Shown piece by piece: positions 1 to 13,390 of a DNA stretch of 64,000 nucleotides (the first letter of the stretch is position 1; each line of letters begins with the position of its first letter). A program made the position numbers and the translations under genes. The stretch comes from Camelus dromedarius (Eukaryota), in assembly GCF_036321535.1 (NCBI RefSeq), contig NC_087472.1:101868001-101932000 (forward strand), given 5' to 3'. The notes below the pieces were generated by a model. That model saw nothing but the letters and a program-made list of their open reading frames with translations, did not search any database and had not been told where the DNA came from.

Positions 1-54
1 TTTGTCTGGGAATACAAGCATAAAGTTTACCTACTTTAAATAAATTATGAGATA

Positions 55-140
55 TTGGATGGCAGGGATCACGTCTTATACTTCTTCCATTCCCAGTGAT
101 ACTGGATACATAGTAGGTATAAAGAAAACGTGTTAAATCA
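55..140 (+). mobile_element. L2 3' end fragment
   Basis: ggcagggatcacgtctt...acatagtaggt resembles the L2 tail. Confidence 0.5.
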
Positions 141-279
141 TCGATGATTGTGGACCTCAATTACATCATAAGGGAGGGGGCAAACAACCAAATAAAATGA
201 AAAATAAACAGAACATTTTAGCTCAATCTTATCATGGTTTTAAGATAACACACCCAGGAAAATGGTAAAAAACAGTCGT

Positions 280-665
280 TATATAAAAATACAATACAGC
301 AATCCAAAAATAAAAAGAATAGCTCTTCAATATATAACAACAGCATAGATGAATTTCATAGGCATGATATTGATCAAAAGAAGCCCTGACACAAAACATA
401 CATAGTGTACGATTCCATTTGTATGAAGTTCAAAAATAAGCAAAATGAATCTACGTTAGAGGCCAGAATAGTAGCCATTATTGCAGGAGGTGGGTTACGA
501 CTAGTGACTGAAAGGGGTGCGAGGGAACTTTCTGGAACACTGGAAATGTTCTATATACGGATCTGGTTGATGATGAGATGTGTGTGAACACACACAAAAA
601 TTTAACAAGCTGTACACCTAAGATTTGTTCGTATTACTGCATGTCAGTTTTACCTCATTTTTAGA
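280..665 (+). mobile_element. Old L1 (L1MC/ME-type) 3' UTR fragment
   Basis: aaaagaagcc...gattccatttgtatgaagttcaaaaa...caagctgtacacctaagatttg. Confidence 0.8.
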
Positions 666-1003
666 AAGGAAAACACTAATTAAAAACACAAAGCACAAAA
701 GAGAAAAACTCAGCCACAGTATGCAAGTTTAAAACTATGGTTTTAAACAGGTAGGCTTATGTTAAAAAGGTTCTTTCCAATGATAAATATTCACAGCTTT
801 CATCCAACTTTCAGCTGCAAGAGTTGTCTTCTTTTGTAATTAAAATGCAAATATAGACCTGATGGCTAGAAAACAAGCCAGGAAAAAAAAAATGACTCTC
901 TTAGTCAGAAAGACTACAGTAACTTATTTCCCATTCAAACAATGAAATTAAATCAAAGTCTGACAGACCAGGTCTGTCTCCAAGAATCAGGCCAGCACCC
1001 CCC

Positions 1004-1031
1004 CACACACACACACATACACACACACACA
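1004..1031. repeat. (CA)n microsatellite
   Basis: Direct reading. Confidence 0.95.
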
Positions 1032-1644
1032 AAGAAGTGCCTTTGATGTGGCTGCCTGGGGCAGCTCATAACAAGAATACCACTACTTAAAATCTAAGCA
1101 ATTGCATTTCATAATTAAGAAACCATCCGTGCCCTCTCCCTCCCGTGAGATAAAAAATCATTGGTTTCCTGCTGCTGAAAATAGATGGTCTTTTTAAAAA
1201 TCAGTAAATTCTCAGCTATGTCCCCCTAATGAATTGCCATATACCAGTAGCCCCTTAACTTCATATAATACCTGCCTTATATTTCTTATTTCCATTTTTA
1301 AAAGCATACCTTTATAGAGCATTCTAAAAATGTTCTAGCTGTACATAAGAAGTCAGAGGGCACAGGAAGAGAATATTCAGTTGCCAGGGTAGACCTTAGC
1401 ACTGTCTTTTAAGACAGTAACTATTAAAGAATGCCCAATACACATCTATTGTTATCAGGCCACTGTGCATTTGAAGAATGCTTTTCTACTAGTTCAAAAT
1501 CTTTACAAAGAAGTGTTTTATTTAGCCTGTCTTCCTACTTTGATTTTGAGCTTCCAGAGGACAGGGACTATTTTGTCAATTTTATATTTAAAACACCAAG
1601 ACATGTGCAAGACCATCACAGGCCTTCAGCATCTGTCTGGTCAA

Positions 1645-1825
1645 TGATTGATGGATGGAGGATGAATAGATGGGGAGAGGAGGGATGAAGGGATGAGGGG
1701 AATGAACGGATGGGAAGAGGGAAGGATGAAGGGATGGATGGGTGGGTGGGTGAATGGATGGTAGCGGGAAGAGCAGGTGCAGGGATGAGAAGGTGAAAGT
1801 CAGGTTCATGGGTGAATGGATGAAC
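1645..1825. repeat. Degenerate (GGAT/GGA)n purine-rich simple repeat
   Basis: gatggatggaggatgaatagatgggg...ggatggatgggtgggtgggtgaatggatgg. Confidence 0.85.
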
Positions 1826-1989
1826 AAAGTACAACCAAATGGATTATATACTTTGGCAAATTATTTTTATCTTCTCAAATTGTTTTCATTAGATATCTAC
1901 TTACAGCTTCTCTCAGGGTCAGGTTCCTAGTAGGTCCTCAGTTAATACTTGCCAATTTTAAACATTAAAATATAACCTCATTTTAGAAA

Positions 1990-2410
1990 GGTGAAGGAAT
2001 GAGCGGATCGCATACTGAGACAGAATACTCTGGCAGAGAGATGTTAAAGAAACAGTGTATGGCCACCATTCAGCCATCAGATTTGTTGAAGAAAGCCAAG
2101 GTCAGTACAACAGAAATCTACAAATCCATAAAGGACCTGGATAAGGTGAACAAAGATTTGCTCCCAACATTTAGAAATATTAGGAAAGATTTGCAGAATT
2201 ACTTATTCTAAGGTGTGTATAAGCAAGACACTTTAGTAATTCAAAACTACAAATGTCTAAGAAAGAAGCTATCATAGACTCACTTTTAAAAATGACATCA
2301 GGGAACAATTTTATTTTTTCGGGGCACATGCCTTAAAGCTGGCTGATGACAGAATCCTGGACTGGGTAAATCCTGGTCATAAGTAACGGTTTCTCACCTT
2401 CTAACCCATT
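1990..2410 (+). mobile_element. Ancient CR1-family LINE 3' fragment
   Basis: Translation EIYKSIKDLDKVNKDL resembles the CR1 ORF2 C-terminus (EVYKIMKGLDKV-like); ctggactgggtaaatcctggtc tail. Confidence 0.5.
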
Positions 2411-3199
2411 ATTCTTTATACACTAAATCTAGAGATATTTTTTCTACCATGCATGGGCAGATAGAGATGGACTCATATACGGTTCTTAAAGCATCAAACC
2501 AACTTTAAGCAACATGACATAAGCAGAAGAGGCCCAGAGCGGATACCACTCAGGTTTCCCACAGACATGAAAGACAACAGTTACTGTCTTTTCATGTTTT
2601 ATACCTGTGCATTATGTCTATAACTTTGCTCTCACTTCGAGCCAGAAATGACAGTCATCCAAAAGTTTTCCTAATTTAGTGTTATTATTCTGAGAAATGT
2701 ACCAGACTGTGGAAGTTTATGTCCGAGTTCAGAAGTTCCACTTGAGAAAGAAAAACGTTTCAATAGAGAATTGTAATGTAAACTAAAGATAATAGTTCAG
2801 AATCCAGTTTGAAAATATTCCTGGTGCTGACAGCAAGTCATTGAAGATTTTAAATAAAAGATCTGCCCATAAGAAGGACCATGTCCTTTATATTTCCAGG
2901 CTCCACACTAAAAAGGAAAATTCTGGTTTTAAAAGTCAGTATCAAAGCTGGAGGCTTTTAAGATATAACAATCAAAGGAAAAGATCTATGTTGAACCATG
3001 AAGACACTAAGATAAAACTGCAACAAAAATATTTATAACAGAAAAATCCCATTTATTTGTGGTCCTATCCACAAATACATATATACAAGCCAGAAGGAGA
3101 GGTCTCTACTTGGAGAGACTTAGCTGGGAGACTTATCAGTCACCAGCCTGAACGTCAGTATTTTCTTCTATTTGCCCTTTGCTGTTATGGTTACTCTTT

Positions 3200-3270
3200 C
3201 CTTCCCTCCTCATCAGCCTCCTCCTCACTCCCCTCCTTCTCCTCCCCTCACTCCTCCTCCTCCTCCCCCT
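3200..3270. repeat. (CCT)n low-complexity tract
   Basis: Direct reading. Confidence 0.85.
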
Positions 3271-4869
3271 AGTTTTCCTGATTCATTCTCTAACTTTCAG
3301 TCTCTTTCTTTCACTTACTATTAGATGGGCTGGATGAACATCAACAAAGCCCTGGCAAAATGCACTGGGAAGAATCCTTGGCCCTCGAGAAAGGCCTTAG
3401 AGAAAATTTATCATAGGCTCCAAGGCCACACGGAGATTTGAGGGCTAATGAGTCCTCAGAGGGTGGAGATTTTTCTTTTCTACCAAGGTGGCCTAAACAT
3501 GGAAGAAGTCGAGGGAATTTCCAAGCTTCTGCGGCAGTGGACTGAGGGCAGCCAAGTCTGACGAGAAAGAAACTATGGTGTCCTGACAAACTGGACTTGA
3601 GCCCTCTGTGGACAGGCTCTAGGCAGGCCCAGCAGAAGAAACGAGTACTCCCAGGGGTGAAGGAGGCAATGGCTCGGAGCAGCCTGAGTCAGGCAGCTGG
3701 GCCCTGGGCGGGGAGGCCAGAGCATCCTGGGAGGGAAGAGTAGAGAAGGGCCAGCCCCTGCCAAGGCGATGGAGAGGTCACCCCTACACTCCCAACCCTT
3801 TTTAAAAAATGAGCAATAGTGAGAAGACTCCAGTACTCAGAGAAGGAATGAGTTCTCTGAATACACCATCTTGCTTTCTCAGAATATTTAGGCATCAAGA
3901 CTTCCATTCGTCAATCAGCCTGTTGTTTATCTCTTCTTTTTGCATTGATTTCTTACTGCTTTGTTTTGTCAAAAAGTGTCCTTGATGGGCAAGAGCAGGA
4001 TACAACCTTCCAACTACTCTGCAGTGAAGTCAACAGGCTCTTTGCTTAGGTGGAGATGCGAGCAGCCCCGCGATAAATAAATAACAACAGAGCGGACGCT
4101 CCTGTGGGACTTGCAATGTCCGGACTTTTGTGCCTGTGCTCTTGGGTGGCACGTGTGATGTAGACCCAAGTTGCTTCAAATGAGGTACTGTGAATTGAGA
4201 TGCAAAGAGAGGCCACCATTGACAAAATAAGAAATCGCAAAATTAACCAAAGGCACGGCACTGATGCACAAAATCCACGGTCTCTTATTCCTCATCCAAA
4301 AGCACATCACTAGTGTGGTTCACAGAATAACCTGCAGCCCTATTACAAAATATGCAAATACTGTGACCAGCACACTGTAACATCTACAAACATATTTCTG
4401 ATGCCCAGTTCTGACTGTTCTGATCAACACAACGCCAAAAAGAAACAGTAATCTTCTCTGGAAAAAGTCATCTTGCTCAGGGAGGCCAATGTTTAACCAT
4501 TGTAAATGAGAAAATGAATCATGGAAGGCCATAAGTAAGTCAACTTATTGCCAAAAATTGGGATTTGTACTGCGTTTTATTTTACTTGTGGCAGCTTGAT
4601 GAGTTTCATCATAAATATTTGTGGCTGACATGAAAAGATTGGCTCCAATACGATCCCCAATTCTCAGTGCATTTGCTCTCGTTGTATCTCCCTTTCTATG
4701 GTTTATATAACTCCAAAACGTTGTAGGAAAAAATAGTTTTAAGATAAAGCTATTGCTGAATATTCACTATTCAAAAGAACTGACTTTGAATGTTACTTTA
4801 AAGATATTTTGTTTTTAAAAAATGGTTTTGGAAAGTATGTATTGTCTACGTCTGCTTTCTTTCTACAAG

Positions 4870-4963
4870 GCCAGCTTGAGTAGTTGTAACAAAGACTAAA
4901 TGTCTCTCAAAGCTTACAACATTTACTGTCTGGCCCTTTACAGAAAAAGTTTGCTGACCCCTG
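4870..4963 (+). mobile_element. MER58-type hAT-Charlie 3' fragment
   Basis: atttactgtctggccctttacagaaaaagtttgctgacccctg. Confidence 0.85.
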
Positions 4964-5289
4964 GTATGTAATAACTCAATGAAAAAAATCTCAATCTGTG
5001 TGTTTTTTAAACTAAGAGTTTGTGTATGTGTGTGTCCCCACAATTCTCAGTAAAATACGGAAGCATTATGTCATCTCTTGTCAACATTGGATGTCTATCT
5101 ACAAGGCTGATAAAGGGGAGAGATCAAATTATTTTGCTATTTCTTGAAGGAAACATCCCTTCTTTTAAAGCTCATTCCAAGAAAACTGTAACTCATAATT
5201 AGATACCACCACCAATTGCAGTTAACATCTCTCTCTCTTTCTCTCTCTCTCTCACACACACACACTCTCCACATTTTCCTCATGTGTCC

Positions 5290-5900
5290 CATTCATTCAT
5301 TCAGTAAATATTTACTGAACACCCGCTGAATGCCAGGAACTATGCTGAGAATCCAAAGCAGAATCAGACATGACCCCTGCCCTCAGTGAGCTGGCAGTGG
5401 ACTGCAACAGGCATGTAACAAATAATTATGGTCCCATGTGGTAAGAAATGTCCAGAGGAATATCTGTAAAATATGAGAATATTTTGGCAGCAAAATAGAT
5501 GGAACGAGCAGATGCAGAAATGAGGGAAGACTTCACAGAGGAAGTGACATTTGACTTGGGGTTTGAAGTCTGAGTAGGAGTTGCTTCCAGTGAAGAGGTG
5601 AAAAAAAGGCAAGTGAAGCAGCAGGAACAGCCTAGGCAGTGAGTGAAACAGACGTGGCAGGTGCAGGGATGCATACTGCGCATAGGAGAAGGAGTCCAGG
5701 GGGGCCATGGGGGGTGGGGCGCAAAGGGATGAGCTGGAAAAGTGGGCTGGGGTCAGACCCATGCCTTGCTAAGGAGTCTCGGTTTTATCTTTAAAGGTGG
5801 GAGCTCTAGGTGTTTCTTAAGCAGAGGAAAAACGTGCTCAGATTCCTGTTTTAAGATGGTAGCATGGGAGACAGGATGGAGGACGAGGGGGCAGACGGAA
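5290..5900 (-). mobile_element. L2 fragment
   Basis: attcattcattcagtaaatatttactgaacac...tgccagg is the reverse L2 tail, followed by L2 body-like sequence. Confidence 0.8.
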
Positions 5901-8900
5901 ACCAATCTTTCCCCAGATTTATCAGTGTGTGTCCACCCACAAGCCCTCCTCAGCACACCAAGTGAAAGGTCCTCTATAATGGAAGACATCCTAGTGCTTG
6001 GGTGAGCCGAAGAGAGAGCTCACGCAATCTGTTCATTGGAAATTACAGAACAGTCAAAACGTGCCAGTTTTACTTCATAGTAGGCAAAAATCCTTCCCCT
6101 CCCTATTATTGCTTGTGTGTCTAAAAATCCCCAGTATCCAGAGCAAAACACGGGAAATGGCAACAAAAGTAGACAGAAATGCCACAGTTACCAGCTTCTG
6201 TACTCGTGGTCAAAAAAGAATGAAGACTCTGTTTCCAAGCCCAGAAACATCGATTATTACAGTATCCCGATTGCAGCCCAGACATCTCCAACTTGTGGAA
6301 TGTTTGCTCCACAGTCTCCCTTCAGAAATGCCTCCTCATTACAGAATTCTTGCAAAAGTGAAATAATTCCAGCTACTGTTTTTCCCATAAAAGGGACCAC
6401 TGTGCTTCTGCCACTTTCCCCCAGCATGTTTCTGTAGGTGGTCATTTCAACAATAAAGGAAGTTCAAGGGTTCAAACAGATTTCCACTGTTACAGCCCAA
6501 AAATTTGAGGTTTTTTTCAAGGAAGTCCCCCCTACCGAGCAATTATGCTTGAATTCAAGGCTGGCTCTTTTTCACCCAGGCTGTGGGGAGAGGAGGGCAG
6601 AGGGGACTGGACGGGGTGAGGAACTAGGGGGCGGGGTGGGGAGAAGATAAGAGACTAAAAGAATCAGAGCACTCAATCAGAAGTAAATGGTTGCAACCAG
6701 CCATCGGACACCATGGAGATTCGGGAAGGGGGAGGAGGGAGGAGTCTGGGGGATTGTTTCATTCTCCACTCTTATTCTTGGCCAGTTTTTACTTTGATGA
6801 ATTGATACACTGATGGGAGGCGGGAAAGCCCAACAGGGGCCTTATGGGGACTGCTGCCTGCCCCAGGGAACGTGCTCAGAAGGTGCTAGAAAGAGCCAGG
6901 TAGAGCTTCAGTGTCCAGCAGGGAATGTTTGCTCATTCCCGGTGCAGTCTCGTGATCACCACACTGCTCAGCCCTCCCCAGCGTGGTCTCCACCTCTCTG
7001 TGATGTCCCGTGATCTCCCGAAGGCAGGGCAGGCCCCCTCCCAAAATGCCAGTCCCCCCCCCCATCATCCCTGCACAGTTTTGCCAAGGGCAACAGAGAA
7101 CTGCTACTTAACCATTTTCTCTTCTGCCTTTCTGTCCCCCATTCCTGGAAGGGCCAAGAGTGAAGGTGACTCCAAAGACCCATGGCTGAGGGCCCTGCTG
7201 CTCCACCCTGAATCTCTTATCTCTTTCTTCTGCCTCAGTGTGCGTGTCTGTCTGTCCATCTTTCTGTGTTGCCCATCTCAAAGTGGAATTCATTACCTTA
7301 CCCAGCTTCACAGAGTGGATGCGTGAAAACATCAGAGGCTAGAAAAGTCCTGATTTCCCTTTTCCCCTTCCGCTAAAACTGCTAAGGTCCCAGCCACCCA
7401 GTGGCCCACCTCCCGGCTCCCCGAGGAGACCTCTCTCGAAAACTGCTAGGATGCCACTTCCCTGCCGCTGCTCGTGAGCACACGGCGAGTAACTTCCTAC
7501 AGCCGACAGCCCAGCTAGCGGGAGGCATTCTTTTAACTGTATTACCCAACTACTTCACCAAAGGGAGAAAACATCATGAAATAAAAACCTTGAAAGCTCA
7601 TATATTTTTAAGAACAGACTGCCCATGAAAGCACACCACGCTAACGATCAAAGTCAGCTATGACCCTAGCATTCACGAGTGCACGTGTGGATGGGATTTG
7701 CAGATGCGCCACTGCACCGCGAGCCACGTGGACTCATTTCTGTCCTCTCCTTCAGGTGACTTTTACATCTTTGTTTGCTGCCACCTTGTGCTAAGGACTG
7801 GCTCATTTTTACAAAGAAGAGGCTAAGGTGAAGAGAATGTGGGTGGTTTTGTACAGAAGGCAGTGATGGGAAAAAAAAACTCTCATCTGGAGACTGTCTG
7901 GGCCCGTCCTCCCTAATAAAAGCTAGTGGAACGAATGCCCAGAAGTAGTAGCCCGGGCCCCGAGTGGTGCTAATATTTTAAAAGGACGGGCCAGGGTCAT
8001 TCGGTGTGGCTTTCCAGGCCTGCACTGGAGATGTGGGGTATGTCAAAAGGAAATGAGTGGATCAACTTTAAAAAATTACGAGAATATTTGCTTGGGCTTT
8101 CCACCTAAATACAGTGTCTAACTGTATTCAGTTTACATTTTGCTAAAAGGAGTTCCCTGCCATTATTAAGGGGTTATTCTGTTTCCATATGCCTTTGGAG
8201 GGTTTTTTTGGGGTGCCTCAAAAAGGTCTACATTAACTATTTTTTTTTTTTTGACAACATGAGTGTGCTTTGTGCTGCCTTAGAAAACTCAGATGGTATC
8301 CATTATAGTTGAAGGTGGGGATGGTGGCAGAGCACCTCATCCTGTAGGGAGGTGATCTCAAGAAAAGTCTTTAGGAAAATAAAACATCATTTCCTAGAAA
8401 TCAAATGTAAATGATATCTGCACTTTTTATTTGAACTTCTAAACTTCTCTGCCCTACTGTCATCCTTTTAACTTATATTCCTCCTATTTAGGAAAGATCA
8501 GTTATTTCTTTGAAAAAAAAAAAAAAAGGAAGGAAAGATATGGTTAGCTTAAGAGTTAGAAAGGAAGGCCTGCTGCCTGAATCTCTTTAAGACAGAGCTT
8601 CTTAAATACAAGGCAGGACCCAGTTACAAAAAGCCACCACTCTTGTCCGAGTGCCTGCCCTTCACAAGGAGGGGTTCCTGGACACGAATCCAACACGCAT
8701 CCCAAGTAGAAGATACATTTTTTTTTTTGATGCTTATCGGCTTTTTATGGTCCGATTTTTGAAACTGTCCATCATTTCAACCTTTCCAGTGTAAAAGGAT
8801 TAACAAAGAGTGATAGTTCCCCTAAGGACAAACAGGTGAGCAGACAGCACAAGCCAGATTTATCCTCCCAATGGATCCACTTCTCAAAACACGCTTATCA

Positions 8901-8940
8901 TTTAGAAAAGCTTTGTCCTCTCCCATTTCTGGGCAAGTGA

Positions 8941-8974
8941 TTTGTTTTGTTTTGTTTTGTTTTGTTTTGTTTTT
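8941..8974. repeat. (TTTTG)n microsatellite
   Basis: Direct reading. Confidence 0.9.
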
Positions 8975-9549
8975 CTGGGAAGAAAGAAAAGTAGTTTGAA
9001 TCAAGTCTGAAAAGATGGATCAATCTGACCGAACCTGTGGTTTCATTTCCATTAATGCCTAGTCTAAAACTGTATAATGACATCAAGAGAGAATGACTCA
9101 TAACAAATGCAACTTGCATAGCCCACATTAAAAAAAAAGCCCATGTAAATAGCATCATCGCCACTAAAGGGTATTAATTAAGCAGCCTGTATGATCATGA
9201 TGCAATGAATTTGAGAGGAGAAAAGACAACAATGACAACACTGCATAAACTTTAGATGGGTCAGGTAGCCGCAATCCCGGAGAAAATCTGAATATGTATT
9301 TAAAAAATGGGGCATGTTTATTTACTGTAAGACAAAATTACATATACAGGAATTCTTCCAGACTGATCTGAAAAACGCCTCTAGACACTCCATCTCATTC
9401 TTGCTTGCATGTGCACACACACACACACACACACACGTATTTGTATGCACACACATGCGTGAAATATACAGGTATTCACATATTCAACTAGGTGCTGTAT
9501 ATAAATTGTTTCTCAATTAGGCTATAATTTAAAAGCTTCACAGTTAAGA

Positions 9550-9778
9550 TAGGGGGTTGACAAACTTCAACCCACAAGCAAAACTGGCCCGTCATCTGTT
9601 TTTATAAATAAAGTTTTATTGGAACACAGTGGTACTCATTCATTTACATATTTTCTATGGCTGTTTTTGAGTTATAATGTTATAATGACAAAGTTGAGGA
9701 GCTGCAGAAGACTGTACAGCCTGCAATCTAAAAATACTTACTATCTGAGTCTTTATAGAAAAAGTTGGCCAATCTCTG
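9550..9778 (+). mobile_element. MER58A-type hAT-Charlie MITE, near full length
   Basis: agggggttgacaaact...aaataaagttttattggaacacag...aaaaagttggccaatctctg; TTAAGA on both flanks (degenerate TSD). Confidence 0.85.
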
Positions 9779-12369
9779 ATTAAGACAGTGAATACCTTCT
9801 AACTCACACATGAGTCAGCGTGTCTCAATGTTCAGGTTTGATTCAACAAGCTCTAGACCTTTTTTTTCTTCAAATTATTGGAAAGTGTTGTTAAATATCA
9901 CAACACACTAAGAATGCAGATAAGAAACTTCTGAGACTCAGTATAACTACCACCTCTCTTTTGAACCTTAATTTCTTTGGAAACATCTCTGAGCTATGTT
10001 CTTGATATGATGATGTAATGCATGTATATTACTTTAATCTATAATGAGTATTAGAAATACATTATTTAAGTATATAAATGTCATTGAAATGGAGCTACAC
10101 AAATGTTACTCTACCTGTTTCAAGAGCTTCATAAATGCACAGGCTTTTTCTCTTTCATATGAACAGACACACACAACTCCATAACTACATTTACTCTCAT
10201 TCACAATCATTTCATTCTATTTCACAGTAAAATTCAGGAAGATATATAAGAGCCATCTGAAACCCCTATTACCAAAAGTATGAAGCTATGTGTAATTCTG
10301 ATACTATTGTAAAATACATTTCTCATATACATCTCTCCTGGTTCTAACAACCACTTACCCCTTACAAGATGAGATTATCCTATTTCAAAAAAATTACGTG
10401 CTCTTATCTCTCACGTACTTGTTCCTCATGCACTGTGTTTAAAAGTGCATCTGGGGTGAATATAAACATGGGGCAAGGCAGCCAGGGAGAGGAAACTATC
10501 ACAGAATACAGTTATGAGTTATTCTATATCTGAATATATTTCAAGAAATGTTCCATTTTCTCCTCTATTTCTAAATTCAATAATTGTGATCTCATTTCTC
10601 ACGCAGAACCTATTATCTTTTTTTAAAAAATCTAAATATAAGGCTTTTACTATTTGAGGCTAAGGGCTGAGCATGATACAGATCATTACTGTCACCCTCC
10701 GCCAAACCCATGCCCTGAAGATGACAGAGGTAGTAATGAAGTGTCGTAGGGTAGCAATGATTGGGTTATTCTGTATGTAGATGCAGACTGTCACATTCAC
10801 GATTTGGATCAAGGGTACATGACCTCATTCCATAGCTAGTTAACCTAGAGCAAATCTAATTTATTAGAGCCAGGAGGCTTCATTATGATCTGGCATTCAA
10901 CACAGCCCATTCCTCTTACTGAAGCAACTCCTCTTACAAAGAAAAATGATAGCCATGTAAGAAATCTGTATTACTCGTCTTCATTTTACTGACAAGCTTT
11001 CTAAGGTAGTGGAAAGAAAATATATCGTCCAGGGTTTGCCAATCCATTACAGATCATATTAAAACGACTGCATATTAAAACAATTAGGCAAAATGAATAA
11101 GGGAAAACCATTCACTTGAAATCTCTTCAGAATTTTTGGCTTAGGAGTAATAACACTTTTATGACAGCCAAAATCACCATCTCCTGAGACAAGTTTGACC
11201 TGCCATTACTTAACTTAGGATCCCAAAATAACCTTAATGCCTTGAAAGTCACTTCTATCATTTCTCTTTCTGGATGGAAGGACCCCACCCGCACCACAAT
11301 GCTTTCTAAGTTTCACACAAAGATAGTATGGCAGACTGGCCCCTTCCAAATGATTCATCATGGGCTCTTTTAAGGACAACTGGAAGATACAGCCCAAGAG
11401 GCAGAAGTTTCCTTTGACTAAGTGACAGCCTTTTTGCCTTTTGATGTAAAGGCAAACTCTAGGAGCAAGGAAGAAGTGTGAGATGATGTGTAAAAGGGGG
11501 AGATGAAAGTTAGTGACCTTTGTTCAGAGGCCTATTTGAGATTTTTCCAGGAAATTTCCATTGTCAGTAATTTAAACAAAGGGGGCCAACTCCAAAATTA
11601 ATAGAAGCAAAGTCTTGTATATTGGAAAGGCTAGGGAAGGGGAAGGAAGAGTGTCAGGAGGAACAATAATTTCCTTCTTCACTGGTGTTCTAAGGTTTGT
11701 TTTTTTTTTTAATGAATAGAGCAGAGAGTTGCTGTCATAAAGGTCAGTCTAGTCTCCTTTCCATGCTGTTGCTGAAAGTCTGCACGACCTTTATCTAGGT
11801 AGATAATGAACTAGTTATTATCTCAATGGAAGGTCTTGACTCTTTCTACACTCCCCATCATCAACTCACCATGCTTAATTCAATCTGTGTTTATGCAGCT
11901 CAGATGTAATCCCACCTGATTCAGCCGTCCCCTTTCCAGACAGCGATACTCAGCTAACATCGGGCTGGTATGACTTTCAGGAAGGATGGGGAGAGAGCTT
12001 TATCATGACAAGGAGACCACCCTCAGACATAGCCATTTTTTAAATGTTTTGGCATGTTTGGGGGTTTTCATTTCTCAGTGGATCTGAGATAAGCCACCTA
12101 GAGAGCTTTTAATTGTTTCTTTGAGGCTACTGTTATTTATACTCTGTGGACACTTGAAAGGCAACTCTCATGATCTCTATGAAAGTGGTTTCATTCTCTG
12201 AATCTCATTTTAGGCACAGAAATACTCAGCTACAAAGAAATCCTAGATGTGGGAGCTGTTTTGCAAATAGTTTTTTTTTTTTAAAGAATTTTAAAACTTC
12301 TCATTTGTGCCACAAATTTTGCTTAAGTTCTATCCAGATTGACTGAAGCCATCAAAATAATAATCAGTG

Positions 12370-12700
12370 TTGTTCGCCGAATACTTTAGCTTTCCTCCTT
12401 TGTTTCATCAACCTCTTTGAGGTTAGATGTGGCCATGTGACTTACTTCAGCCAACGAAGGATGAGCATGAAGGGAAAAACCTTAAGAGCCAGTGTATAAT
12501 TTATTACATTTTCCTTTATGACACGTGTGTCAAAATGGAGCCTCCGTCAGCCTGGATCCCAGAACAATTACAACTAGCAGAGCACCCTGCTGGCACACCT
12601 TAGACATGTAGTGGGAAAGAGAAATAAACATTTGTTACAGTGAGCCACTGGGATCTGGGGGGTGTTTATCAACACAGCGTAACTCAGCTTATCCTGACTC
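12370..12700 (+). mobile_element. Old MLT1 (ERVL-MaLR) LTR
   Basis: ggttagatgtggccatgtgactt...gagaaataaacatttgtt...agccactgggatctgggggtg. Confidence 0.75.
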
Positions 12701-13014
12701 TCCTATTCCTCCTTTTTACTAGTGCTGCCCTGTCTCCAAAACATGGATATCTTTCTGCAATAGCCATGCTCAGGAAAATTCCCATGGATTCAAAAAAAAA
12801 AAAAAGTCATAATGGAGGGAAAAAACAAGGGTATGGTAAAATTAGGTTCAATCGACCATAGACTTTCATTAAGTGCTCCTACCTGACTCCTCTTAGACTC
12901 TTCACACATGGTACTATGCTTATTTACATGAACAGTCTAGGACTGTGTTTACTTTTCATCATCCTTTTCTTGACTAGGAAACTCCAGATGTCACAGTAGA
13001 AAACAAGTACACTG

Positions 13015-13390
13015 TGTTATGGAATGAGTGTTTGTGTCCCCACAAAATTCATATTTTGAAGTTCTAATTCCCCAGTGTGACTATATTTGGAGATGGGACC
13101 TCTAAGGAAGTAATTAAAGTTAAATAAGGTCATAAAAATGGGGCCCTGATCCAATAGAATTAGTGTCATTAGAAGAGACACCAGAGAACTCTTTCTCTCT
13201 GTCTACCATGTGAGGACACAGTGAGTAGGGGACTACCTGCAAGCCAGGAAGAGAGTCCTCACCAGAAACTCAATTTGCCAGGACCCTGACCTCGGACTCC
13301 CAGCCTCCATTACCACGAGAAATACATTTCTGTTGGTTAAGCCACCCAGTCTGTGTTGTTTTGTTATGGCAGCCAGAGCTGACTAATACA
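13015..13390 (+). mobile_element. MLT1A-type solo LTR
   Basis: TGttatgg...gactaataCA; flanks cactg / cattg (5-bp TSD, 1 mismatch). Confidence 0.9.
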
